Source: the human T2T-CHM13v2.0 reference genome, Homo sapiens. Taken from it: 64,000 nt of DNA. Shown here one piece after another: positions 52,450-64,000 of the stretch. Made by a program: the position numbers and the translations under genes. Under the pieces are notes generated by a model that searched no databases, had not been told where the DNA came from, and was given only the letters and a program-made list of their open reading frames with translations. Positions within the stretch are counted from its first letter, which is position 1, and the number at the start of each line of letters is the position of its first letter. The DNA lies in the NCBI RefSeq assembly GCF_009914755.1, contig NC_060925.1; one strand, given 5' to 3'.

Positions 52450-52670
52450 ATGATAATAGCTACCCTTTATTCAGGAGTTACTCTGAACCAGAGTTTGGAC
52501 ACTTTGCTATGTTAACTCACTTAATTCTCACAACAAGCTCACATGGTAGCATTATTATCATTCCACATTATGGATGATGAAGGAGAGACATAGCTACGTT
52601 AGATAATTTACCCAGAGTCATTCAGTTGATACGCTTGGGCAATCTGGCTTCAACATCTGATCAAGTAACC
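52450..52670 (-). mobile_element. MIR
   Basis: ttaactcacttaattctcacaacaa...ataatttacccagagtca. Confidence 0.65.
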
Positions 52671-54199
52671 ATTGTGCACATGGCCTCTCTGATGATATAC
52701 AGAGAGACAGAGGGGAAACTCAGATCCTGCCACTCACATTTGACTATACCCTCTAAACGCAAGAAGGCATGAAGAACCTACACATATAATCTTACAGAGG
52801 TGTGGGCATTTTCAGGAAGGAAAAGCAAAACACTCTAATCTTTGCAAAGTAGTACTGAATGAGGATTGCAGAGGTAAGCTTTTCCCCTGACATTTTTCTT
52901 GCCAAGTTATAATTTTTGACTATGGCTTTGTCTTAAGCATTGTGATAAAAATATTTTTGTTTCGTTTTTAGACAGATCGAAATTATTTTTCTTACCCATT
53001 TACTGAGCCATAAATAACTGGAGGGTTGTTGATTAATTTTCAACAGGAAAAAAAAACTTGAAAAGATATGCTGATGCATCATTTCCATGTGTGCTCATTT
53101 TTAAACAACCAAGATGGAGGTTGTAATTCCCAAAGCAGGGCATTACTGCTTTGAAGTTTCAGGGTTGTCTGTTCATTAATTTCTTAGGGAGCAAGAGAAA
53201 GAAGATATTCAAACATCAGTTCTCAAAGCTTTAGGATATTTTCTCCTTTGCTGTTTTCTATGTTCTGTGTCAACCCTTTGGCTCTGGTCTCACCTACTAC
53301 AATGTTTTCATTTTTTAAAAATTCAAGATACTTGAAGCTAATTTAGGGGTAAATTTATTGGAAAGGATTATATTTGACAATTTTATGAGTATTATTAAAA
53401 ACAAGGATGCATGTATAATCAAATACCCTGAAAAACAAGCCCATCCAAAACAACTTTCCAAAAATGCCAGGAAAAGCAGTATAAAAATGGACCTGGTAAA
53501 AACATACTGTGATTCATGTTGTCATGTATAATTTCACTCAGGCCACCATTGGGTCTCATTTGTTTGTATCTTCCTTTTACTTTTGAGGTCCATCCCCTCC
53601 TCCCTACTTGTGATTGACTTGCTGGAGACCAGAACAATTAGCCAGCCTAATTTGACAGTTATTTTTAAAATTGGTTCTTAAATTATGAGACGGTTCTGAC
53701 TAGGCATGTGGTTACTTCACAAGGGAATTTCCCCCAACTGTTCATTTGTCTATCTGGATTCCTGCTGTGAAACGAGTTGTTGTTATGTTGAGTTTGGCCA
53801 GATGACAAGTGAGATTTGTTTTGTGTGAAGAAAACTGCTGCTAGATTTGGATCATCCTAAGCCAATCTATGAGTTAAATGCACAAATTATCATGTAATTT
53901 TGTTCCAATATGAATACAACTGGCAAATTCACTCCTATGTTCCTAATTATGAAGGGAGGTGAGTGGACAGTGCCAAATATTATAATTAATTCTTCAAACC
54001 AAACAAGTGCTTCTAAATTTTTGTCCCTAATCTATATATTCATTCATAGCCACAATATTTATTGAGTTCTGGTAATGTAGCAGACACAGTGACAGATGCT
54101 GCGTGTTCAAGAATGAGTAAGATGTGCAACTCCCTTCCAGGGTCTCAGAGTCTGTGTGCAGTAAGTGGGGGGTGTGGCGTACCAAGAAGAAAGGAACTA

Positions 54200-54610
54200 A
54201 TACCCCATAGTCACCTCCCTTGTGCCAGGTGCTCTGCTAGGAGCTTAAAACATACTCTTATTTAATCTTTCTCACAACCCTGCCCAATGGGTTTTGCCTC
54301 CCCATTTTATCCAGACTCAGGGGGGTTAAATAACTTGCCCAAGAGCATAGAAGTGTAACCAGGATTTGAACCCAGCCCACTAGCTTTTCACTATTTTATG
54401 ATCCCTTTAGATAGGAAGTCACACTTTCTTCTAGTAATTTCAAAACTTTTCAAGATTATAATCTCATTTGTTTCTCATAATATCTTCGTGAGGTTGGCAG
54501 ATAAGGCATTATAATTTGCTTCTGACTTCTGATGAAGCTAGGCCTTGGAGAGGCTGAGCACCAACTTCAAGGCCCCATGGCCAGTCAGAGGTAGAGCTGG
54601 AGCTAAAATG
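54200..54610 (-). mobile_element. Two MIR fragments
   Basis: ggttaaataacttgcccaag...ggatttgaaccc, and cagtcagaggtagagctgg. Confidence 0.65.
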
Positions 54611-55019
54611 AAGACCTCATAACTATCGGACCAGGCTTTCCTTAGCACACAGATCTGGATATTATGCTGAGCTGAGCCTGGATTTGAGTTCCCAGAAAGC
54701 AAAAATAAAAACACACAACCCTGAATTGAGAAATATCCACAGGGAGTAAGAGTTAACAGCACTCTTGTTAGCTAAAAGCCACCGTTTGTAAGTGATATTC
54801 GGAATTGCAGTGGCATTTCTAGTGTGCATTACACATTTACTCAGCTGAAAAGGAGGTGAGGTGGTGGATGATCAGAGGTCAGGGAGAAGGACTAAGAACG
54901 AAAAGCACTGGGCAGCATGCTGTATGCCCTGTGTAAATGACTTGGCTTCCTTGCCCCTCTGTGTGACCTTGAACAAGTCCCTTAACTTCCTTACTCATCT
55001 CAGTCAGAAAATGTGTTTT

Positions 55020-55720
55020 TGAGGGGTGCGTGTATGTGTGTGTGCACACACATGCGTGCGCATGTGTGCATGTCAGGGCGCAGGGAGATGTCACCATACA
55101 TCAAACGCTGTGGCTGGAGTGAGCTCCTTGGGGAAAATGTATCGCAGTCTCCTTGCCCCCACCGGAAAGATTTTCTCACAGCGCGCGAAAGGTGCCACTT
55201 TTTAATAACATCATTGGAATATCAGCTTTTTGCAAGATACAGTGGGACAAACTGCAGTGTGCCACCGTGTGACATGATAAAAGAAGAGACTCCTGTGTGA
55301 GCTCCCCGGCAAAACCCCTTCAGGGAAGAGGTCCTGGTCCATTTGGGGTCATATGAGCAGGGTGTAGGTAAGCTGGCGAAAGAGTGGAGCTAGGAAGTTT
55401 GCTGTATCACAGAACACACGCACAGACCTCTTGCGGTATGAAATGCCTTCACTCTCCATACCTTGGGGTGAGTTTTTACTCTTTCTCTTTGAATTATCCC
55501 AGTGGTCATCAGAAAGGCAGGGGGAGCACGCCTGTGAACTGCTGAAGCCAGCCGGCTCCTTTCCTCGCTCAGAGCGCTGCCACTGCAATTCAAACAGAGA
55601 GGCAGCCCAAAATGGAGGAGGGCAAGGGCTTTGTTTACTTTTCCTCCTGCCTTTGGGCAACAGCAGTATCTGACATCTGAGCTGCTAGGTATGCATTGTC
55701 ACCGAGGCGATCATCCACAG
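55020..55720. promoter_or_regulatory. Candidate cis-regulatory element (CpG-enriched; E2F, ETS and CTCF-like motifs)
   Basis: Non-repeat sequence with locally high CpG. GCGCGAAA at 55183-55190 (E2F TTTCGCGC on -), CCGGAA at 55162-55167, and GGCAGGGGGAGCAC at about 55516-55529. Confidence 0.45.
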
Positions 55721-56139
55721 TTGCAGCCCACATGCCAGATACCCACACAGGCCCAGACTGTGGGGATATGAGCTGGGGAGGAAGAATGGAGAGGCAGCAG
55801 CATCTCTAGGGCATCTGCCCCTGATGGCCAAGGAAAATCCCATATTCTTGTGGGAAGTGTGGAATGGGAGGTACATAGCATGAAACCTGATAGAGAAGGC
55901 ATGCTTTCAAGCTGTCGCCTGGAGGGGAAGGGCCGGAGGATTGTGCTATTGTCTCTTCACACTGGACTTTCAGGGTTGGTTTGGCTCAGGTGATGGGAGG
56001 GTGAGCGACCCTTCGTTACCTTCATCAGTAACTGGCCTCCCCAAGGAGGCAGACATAAGAGAAGGAGTCTTCTAATGGAGGAGGACCACTCTGACAATCA
56101 GGAACTCTTTGCCTCCCAGAACCCTAGAGCTCATACCAG

Positions 56140-56310
56140 CTCTTCCACTTCATTTATAGGAATTCTGGCTCTGCCACTACGGGATCTTGAACAATTCCAT
56201 TAAATTCTCTGAGCCCCTGTTTCCTCATTGTAAGATAAGTACACTTCTCCTACCCAGTTGTAGTGAAACGATCACTTGAGATGATGTAGGTGACAATACC
56301 TGACAAACTC
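56140..56310 (+). mobile_element. MIR
   Basis: aattctggctctgccacta...ctctgagcccctgtttcctcattgtaa. Confidence 0.75.
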
Positions 56311-56819
56311 TAAAACTACGCAAAAGTAAAGGATTCTTATGTTTTTAATACGCGAGGAACCGGAAGGGAATGGAGATCCTATGAACCAGTTATTATTCCT
56401 GCTCCCGGCTGAAGCCCCAGGAGGCATTTCTTGGCCTGCGCTGAAATCCTTGGGGCCCTGTATAGATCTCAGCACTTCCCAGAGCTTCCACTTCTCTGTC
56501 TACTGGATGGTGAGTAAATGCCTTAGAATCACAGGCAATCCAACTTGCAAGGGACTTTAAAGGTCATCTGAAACAAGTCCTCCTTGAAGCTTCAGTTCTC
56601 TCAACAAGTCAAAAAACATGTATATTCTTTACTCTCCACAGACTGTGGCATGGTGTTTGGCAACAGGCCAGCCATTCAATACTATTCCTTGAATGAATGA
56701 ATGAATGAATGAATGATTAAATGAATGAATAAATGAAATAGGGTAAAGAGTTATGCTGTCCAGAAATTCTCTACACATACTCATACAGCATGTGGCTATT
56801 AGCTGTGCCAAAACATGAT

Positions 56820-57050
56820 ACTTTCAACAATAATCATGATGATACTCATTTCAAGCATTGAGTGCCTGTCATGTTCTAGGAACCACGCCAAGAGCTGTAT
56901 GTAGAGATCTCATCTAATCCTTGTCAGATCCCATTGAATTAAGCCCTTTTATCATCCTCTGCATCTGAAGAAACTGAGGCAGAGTGAAGTTAAGTAGTTA
57001 ATTCAAAGATCACTCAGCTGATAAGTAGAGAAACCAATATTTAAATCTAA
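56820..57050 (-). mobile_element. MIR
   Basis: tgaagaaactgaggcagag...aagatcactcagctgataagtagag. Confidence 0.75.
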
Positions 57051-57419
57051 CTGGCTCTTATGCTCTTTCTACAGGTCTTCTTTCATCAAAACTTACCTTT
57101 TACAATGATCCTCCGTTAGAAAAGGACATTAGAATTCCTTTTCTTTCTTGGTTCCTGGTTTATTTGGGTAAACTACAGCCTATGCTTTGTTGCCTGGAGA
57201 GCAAAGGGGAACGAGAGGAGAGGACTCTATTTAACCAACCTCCAAGTGAGTTCTTGAGAATTTCAGCTGAGCTGATCCTTGGCCATGTAGTCAATTATGA
57301 ATTTGACAGAAATGTCTAAATTGACACAGCTTTGATTGCACAGACAAGAAAAAGTGTGATAATTCAGCAAAAGTCCATGATTGTGAGGAAGAAATGGAAA
57401 TTGGGATTTGAAGGAATTC

Positions 57420-57705
57420 ATTCTCTTCAACATCACGCTTTCAGAGGCCTCCCCTAACCGCCTGTATAAAATAGCACACTATCGATTTGCTCTACTTTAT
57501 TTTTACTATGCCTTATTTTTCTCCACAGCACTTGTCACCATCTAAGAGGAGATACATTCTTTGGTTTGTATACTATCTATTGTTCTCCTCGAGAAGGTAG
57601 ACTTAGTGAGAGTTGGACCTCTGTTTTGGTTGCTACTACATCCGTAACACCTAGAATGGTGTCTGGCCCATAGGAGACACTCTGGAAATGCCTGTTGAAT
57701 GAATG
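57420..57705 (+). mobile_element. L2 3' end
   Basis: cagaggcctcccct...cacagcacttgtcaccatct...cacctagaatggtgtctggcccatagg...tgttgaatgaatg. Confidence 0.8.
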
Positions 57706-59617
57706 TACTTAATTGTTTTTGAAGAAATATATAAACACCTAGAGTAGCAACTCTGTTCTTTATGAATTGGATTGTGAAATGATTGAAACAAAGGTTCTTT
57801 TGGCTCTTTGCATTTCCTGGGTGCCGGATGATGAGGCTTTCATCCGGCACCCAGGAAACCTTCAAAACCAACTTCAGTCTAAGTTTTCTCACACTCTGGT
57901 TTGTCTCAACATGTGCAGTGCCCCATGATACCCACAACTTGACATTTAGATTATTTCTTGCAAATGGTTTAGAGCAGCATCACACACCATGGGGTGACAT
58001 GACTTCTCCCAGAGTAGATGGAATATGGGAGAAACAGTCAGCAAATGCTCTTTTGATCAGTTTCATGCTTCTCACTCCTTGAGATGTACCACCACGTGCC
58101 CTGGAATCAGTCACACAAAGGTTTGCTTCCCATTTGTAGGCATAAGGCCAGCCAAAGACAGGACCAGTGTTCACACATGCCTCCCCTGGAAGACACTGCT
58201 TTAGGCTAAGTTAAGGGTTACACATGCTTTGCCTGAAAAGCTGAAAACCAGGGTTTTACTCTCCATGGTGACATTCTCCCCAGAAATGAACTGGTGATGT
58301 TCATTAATCTGAAGCCTCATTAATGAGATACAAATATAAAATATAGCTTCTCTACCAGTAACTGTCTTGTACCACTTGGACCTAATTACAGAGAATCTTG
58401 TTAAAAACAACTTGAAACCCTTAGAAAGCTAAATAGTCAGATAGTCAATTAAATATATTGCTAAGGTGTAATGGAAAAAGTGATGTGTTTCCTCCCAATG
58501 TTGAACTAATCTCACATTCCTATGCTTTGCTCACTACTGGCAACACCTTTTCTAAAAATCAGTGTATGTCTCTTCCCCTTCTGTTGATCAAATACCATGT
58601 ATAGAATCATTTTCTCTCAAATAGAACACAAAAAAACAAATTGTGAAAGTATTATTTTCCATATTTCTCCCTTCATTATCTTACCTTTTCTCCTCCAACA
58701 TTGCATAGATGGCACCTTCCCTTTTTAATTGAAACTGATCGATTGCAGCATTTGCAGAAATCGACATATCCTTTTGGATTAACTTTTTCCCCCATCACCC
58801 TCACCTAAGATCTCTTAATTTCTGAGCTCTTTAAGAAGCAGACCATTACAAAATAAAAAGGCCAATGTCTTTGGTCTGGATCAAAATTTTTGTCCTAAGA
58901 AAATAGGTTATTTTGCCCAAAATCAATCACTCAAGTACTTTCAGAGTGCCCAGCACCAAGCTAGACGCTGCTGAGATGCAGAGGAAGGTATGAAGTGTGG
59001 CCCCTGCTTTCAGCCTATTGTAAAGACTATTAGTCACCCTTCCAGAGCTAAGCTGTGCAGGACTAATAATGCCATTAGTTAAAAGCTCATGGAACCATGG
59101 AAGTGTGACCCAGAACAGACTTAAAATAATAAGGACACTAAAAAAAAAATAAAGTAGTTCTTGTAAATTGTAGTTAACAGTTGCCTGGTGCATACTTAAA
59201 AACACCGATAAGCAAAAATTTTTAAAGCCTCAGTGAGGTTGTGTGGTTTTCATCTTCCCCATCAGCTCGGATATACAGGGATCCCGCAGAGGGTTGCAGA
59301 AGGAGCAGCCACAGAAATAAACAGGAGCCTTTGCTATCACATGGCAAGCAAGTGTCGCATCTCCTGAGCATCCCAGGTATCTGGGGCAGCCCCCTGACAA
59401 TGGATGAAACGATATCACATCCAGCCAGAAAACAACCCAGCAGAAACAGTGAGATGACACATAAACCCACAAGCTTGGCTCATAATGTGGAGCAGCAATA
59501 CATGAGCATACTGTACTTCTGCAGCCACTCTAGAGAAAGAAAAAGAGTAAAATGTGTGAGAAAACACCATTAAATTACTCACTATTAGCCCCTAAAGTGT
59601 GCTTCCAACCTATGTGG

Positions 59618-59670
59618 ACACACATACACACATGTACACACACACACTCTCACACACACACATACATGCA
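59618..59670. repeat. Imperfect (CA)n
   Basis: acacacatacacacatgtacacacacacactctcacacacacacatac. Confidence 0.85.
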
Positions 59671-60689
59671 GGAGTAGAGAATGTCACAGTTAAATTTTTT
59701 ACTAGTATAATGAGGAAAGGGACCAACTGAAGAAGCTCCCTGGGCTAATTTTCTAGCCAGCAGCCACTGCAATGTTCCCACTAGGAGAGTGAGAAGGAGG
59801 GAGAGCAAAGTATAATAAATAATGACTGGCTTTGCTGGTCAGGAGAAATTATCACTATGCTTGAGGGATCTAAGCATATGTTCACCCAGGAATATATCAG
59901 GGGTGAAAACTGAGGCGAGGGAGAAATGAAAGCCCAGAATGGGTTGGACATATCTCCAGGACATATTTATTTAAATTTTTAAAAACGAAAAAACAAATAG
60001 CATCACCCAAAGTTACATATTGCTAAACCTAAAAATGGCCAGTCACCCTTCTTCCCCTAAATTTAAATTGCTTTTTAACTTGTAGTTTTTTATGGCTTTG
60101 TAGGGGGAAGTCTAGCTATTTTACATTTCTTGTAGACATTTGCTCCAGTCTACTATATTTATTTTGTGTCAGCTTTGTGTGTTAGCAGAGCAAAAGGCTC
60201 AGAATGCTTACTCTGTGCTCACCTTCGGAGATCTGCTCTATATAGTAGGAAAATAGGACCTAGAAAATTCAGGGATATGCAGAGGCAAAATATTACCCAG
60301 ATCAGGAAAGTCAGTGTTGCCCATGTTTCAGAGCTAAAATTTACTTTGATGTGTCATAAACAAATAAGTCAGGATCAAACCAGGGTGGGTTTGAATGATT
60401 ACAGGATAAAGAGAAAGGCTAGGCCTTATTCATCTTTTATGGCTTTCCTAAAAAATTAAGGAAACAAAATCTATATGTTGAAGGCTTTTCACTTAATTGA
60501 TAGTCTGTGCCCAGTGTGTGAGCATGTCTCTTACATATAAAGAAACTCAGACAGACTGGCAATATATTCCTCAATAAGCAGCAGAGTAACAGAGTCTGGT
60601 ATCTTCCTTCCTGAAACAACAATGATGACAAAAACACAAGAAACAAACAATAACAGAAACCAAAAACAAGAAAAAGAAAAAAGACAAGA

Positions 60690-62400
60690 CATTGGACATC
60701 AAACAATGAAGAAAGTCATACCTAAGAGATGTGAAACAAATGAAACAAGCCCTGTAATTGACCCAATAACAGGTTGGAGAGGATTTTCTGGCTACAGTGC
60801 AGAGAGAGGGAGAGAACCTCAGGTGGAGCTTGATGGCCTCCCCACGTTGACAATACAAGGCTGGGAGTCTAAGGAGGCCAAGAGAGCTATTGCTTACAGG
60901 GAAGAGTAACATAGAGAAGTGAGCTGCACAGAAAGAAAGCCCAGGAGATCTTTAGACCAAGATCTCTCTTGATTATTTGGTTGAGTAATAAGGAATGCAT
61001 GCATGTAAGGAAACCACCCAAAGCTACAGAAAGAGTCACCTCTTAAAAGGAATAATATCTGTAGCTCATATACAGGCAGGAATGAAGCCTGTTGCCAACA
61101 ACCATAATGGAAAACTTCATTATTTGGGGCACTGGATAGAGCAATCCGAATAATTTTGCAACAATAATGGGAGAAAAAAATTAACACTAGATTGAGTCTA
61201 TCTAACAGAGCTTAAAAGCAAGACATGATAGGGTCAAACTATCTCCAAGTAACTTAGTCACATCAAAAAAAAGTTCAAGAAGATTTATAGGAGTACAAAA
61301 ATGTTCAGAACCCAAAAGAGTAAAATTGACAATGTCTGGCATACAATCAAAAGTTACTAGACATGTAAAAAAAAAAAAAAAAAGGCACACAATGAGAAGA
61401 ATATGCAGTGAATCAAAACTGTCCTAGAAATGACAATATGAAAAAATTAATAGTCAGAACATTAAAATAATTATTATATCTATGTTCATATATATATACA
61501 TTCATGAAGCCGAGAAATGATTGAACATAATAAGTACAGTTGTGAGGGATACAGAAAGTTTCATCTCAAACTTTCAGAGATTAAAACTACCATGTCTAAG
61601 ATTTTAAAAAAACAACCTGGATGGGATTAACAATGAATCCGATGCTGCAAATGATTAAGGAACTTGAATGCACAGCAACAGAAAATACCAAAAAATGAAA
61701 CACAGAGAGAAAAGAAACTGAAGAATATAAAATAAGCAGAGCATCAGGGAGCTGTGGTACACCTTTAAAGTCACAGTATTCATTTTATTAGGGTCTCTAA
61801 AGGAGAGGAGAAGCAGCAGGAACAGAACAAATAATTGAAGATGAAGTAGTCAAAAATCTTCCAAATTTGATGAAAACTATAAACTCACAGTTCCAAGAAG
61901 TTCAGTGAATCAGAAGCACAAGAAACATGAAGAAACCACTTAAGGGCATATCATAATCATAATCAAATTGCTTAAAACTAATGATACAGAGAAGAACTTC
62001 AAAGTAACGAGAAAAAGTACAGTAGGTATGAAGAAATAAAGAGAACAATGACAGAACATTTCTTATCAGAAACAACTCAAAACAGAAGACAGTAGAAGAA
62101 CATCTTTAAAGCATTGAAAGAAAAACTCTAAACCTAGAAGTCTTTACTTGCTAAAAATATCTTTCAAAAATGAATGTGGAAGAAAAAGTTTTTGAGGTAT
62201 ATAAAAGCTAACAGAATTCATCAAGTTTTCCAGGTAGAACAAAAATGATGCCAGATGAAAATTTCTATCTAAACAAAAGAATGATGAGCATCAAAAAATG
62301 GTAACTATGTGGGTAAATACAAATAGTTTCATTACTTAAATCTCCTTCAAACAGAATCAACTCTTTAAAGCAAAAATAAAACAATCTATTGTGTGATGAA
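60690..62400 (+). mobile_element. Old L1M 5'UTR/ORF1 region
   Basis: gagcatcagggagctgtgg...cttccaaatttgatgaaaactataaac...aatcaaattgcttaaaac...catctttaaagcattgaaagaaaaa. Confidence 0.8.
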
Positions 62401-62408
62401 TAGCATAT

Positions 62409-62773
62409 TGCTATGGTTTCAATATTTGTACTCTCCAAAACTCTTGTTGAAATTTAACTGCCATTGTAATAGTATTATGAGGTGGGACAGTTAAGAGGTG
62501 ATTAGACCATGAGGACTCCACCCTCACAGATGGATTAATGTTGTTATCTTGGGAGTGAGTTCACTATAAAAGGGCACATTTAGGCCCCTTTTTGCTCTTT
62601 CGCTCTTTTGCCTTTTGACATGTGATGATCAATAAGAAAGCCCTTACCATGTGATGCTGGCACCTTGATATTGGACTTCCCAGCCTCCAGAACTGTGAGC
62701 CATTACATTTCTATTCATTGTAAATTACCTAGGCTCAGGTATTCTGTTATAGTGGCAGAAACAGACTAAGACA
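62409..62773 (+). mobile_element. MLT1A/MSTD-like solo LTR
   Basis: tgctatggttt...ttggacttcccagcctccagaactgtgag...gactaagaca; near-TSD CATAT/CATAA. Confidence 0.9.
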
Positions 62774-62801
62774 CATAAATAGAAATAAAATGTGTAATAA
62801 C

Positions 62802-62840
62802 AATAGCAAAAACCCCAATTACCTTTGCACCAACCTAATA
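62802..62840. mobile_element. Half MADE1 (Hsmar1 TIR)
   Basis: gcaaaaaccccaattacctttgcaccaacctaa followed by TA. Confidence 0.8.
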
Positions 62841-63267
62841 ACCTGTCCAGGATTGAGTCTTTCATACTTAATGGTAACTGACCAGTCTATCCATGTATTT
62901 TCCAAGGTGTGACCTGCAGATCACTAGCTATTTTAAATTTTCCTCGAAAAGAGGAACTATATGGTCAAACATATTTAAGAAATGCTATGAACTACTTTCT
63001 CCTCTTACTGAATTTCACTGAGTAAAAAAATATTAAGGACTCTGAGAAGTCTTGTATTAGAGAAAGATGTCTGTGTGCAATCTAGCAGTTCCTAAATTAT
63101 TTGTCTGAAGCAAATAATATTGTGCTATTCCACAGGATAAATGTGTGTGAACTTTTTCTATTTAATCAATCTACAGAAGCAAAGCTTTTTACTTTATAGT
63201 CAAAAGATTATCTCACAATAATGATGGTCATTATGGTGGCTTCCTTCTCTTCCCCCAACCCCCACTG

Positions 63268-63440
63268 CCTGGTTTATTGAAGTAAAATTGACTTACAATA
63301 AGCTGTACATATTTAAAGTGTGCAATTCGATAAGGTTTGATTTATGTATATACACCCATGAAACTGTCATCAGAATTAAGATATTGAAAATATCTATCAT
63401 CCCTAAGTTTTGTTACGGTCCTTTGTAATCCCTCTCTCCT
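63268..63440 (-). mobile_element. L1M 3' terminus
   Basis: tttattgaagtaaaattgacttacaataagctgtacatatttaaagtgtgcaatt. Confidence 0.75.
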
Positions 63441-63499
63441 AGATAATCTTGAATACAAAGCAATAAGAGCAGACAACATTGTCCACTCTTTTTTGAGGG

Positions 63500-63630
63500 T
63501 TGGACCCTCAAACTTTAATGTGCATGTGACTCACCCAGGATTCTTGTTCAAATGCAGACTCAGATTCAGTAAGTCTGTGGGTAGGGTCTGAGTGTCTACA
63601 TTTCTAACAAGCTCTCCAGTGATGCTCCAG
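63500..63630 (+). mobile_element. MER5-type DNA transposon
   Basis: ctcaaactttaatgtgcat...aaatgcaga...gattcagtaagtctg...catttctaacaagctc. Confidence 0.75.
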
Positions 63631-64000
63631 TGGTACTAATGGTGCTCACACATCAAAACCAGCACCAAGTTCAGTATTCACATATAAATTGCTGCCTTGG
63701 AAACAGTTTCCACTTTAAAAATATTTAAAAACAATATTAAGTTTGTCCTAGTTATTACTCATGGAAAATACCATAGATAGAGTTAGATAAAAATCAGTCT
63801 AACAATAACACAACTCCTTCCAAAGCCCATGAGGAAACTAAATATCCTACTAATAAAGGGCATGAAAAATCTTAGAAGAGAAATGTTGCAAGTAATTTCT
63901 TCATCTTATATCTTAAAATGAATATTGAAGACAAGCTCTTTTAATTATTCACAAGAAATCTTCCACAATGGAATAGTGAGAAAATATCTGACAAATATCA

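Overview
Primate (human or great-ape type) non-coding genomic DNA. I see no credible protein-coding exon, RNA gene or CRISPR-like array. The larger ORFs I examined come from repeats, low-complexity sequence or apparent chance. Roughly half of the window is interspersed repeats: old L1M elements, a near-full-length L1MA2/3-like element with an internal deletion, a twin-primed L1PA8-like element, Alus, MaLR and ERVL LTRs including a complete THE1D and a HERV-L LTR-gag remnant, L2, CR1/L3, MIR and DNA-transposon fragments. The notable items are structural or regulatory. (1) A ~490-bp unique segment (49.56-50.05 kb) that I recall as the 3'-transduced tag of an active human L1 (LRE2-type); no L1 lies upstream here, so this is a candidate empty allele. 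(2) A 60-bp inverted duplication bracketing a long TA-rich tract. (3) A perfect 19-bp GC-rich hairpin. (4) A 115-bp templated copy inserted 1.8 kb from its donor, with snap-back palindromes at the junction. (5) A solo MSTA LTR sitting exactly on a multi-kb L1 deletion. (6) A long (GGAA)n microsatellite and a CpG/E2F/CTCF-like element. I cannot support a new gene system. Repeat subfamily names come from memory of consensus sequences, and the boundaries of old repeats are approximate.
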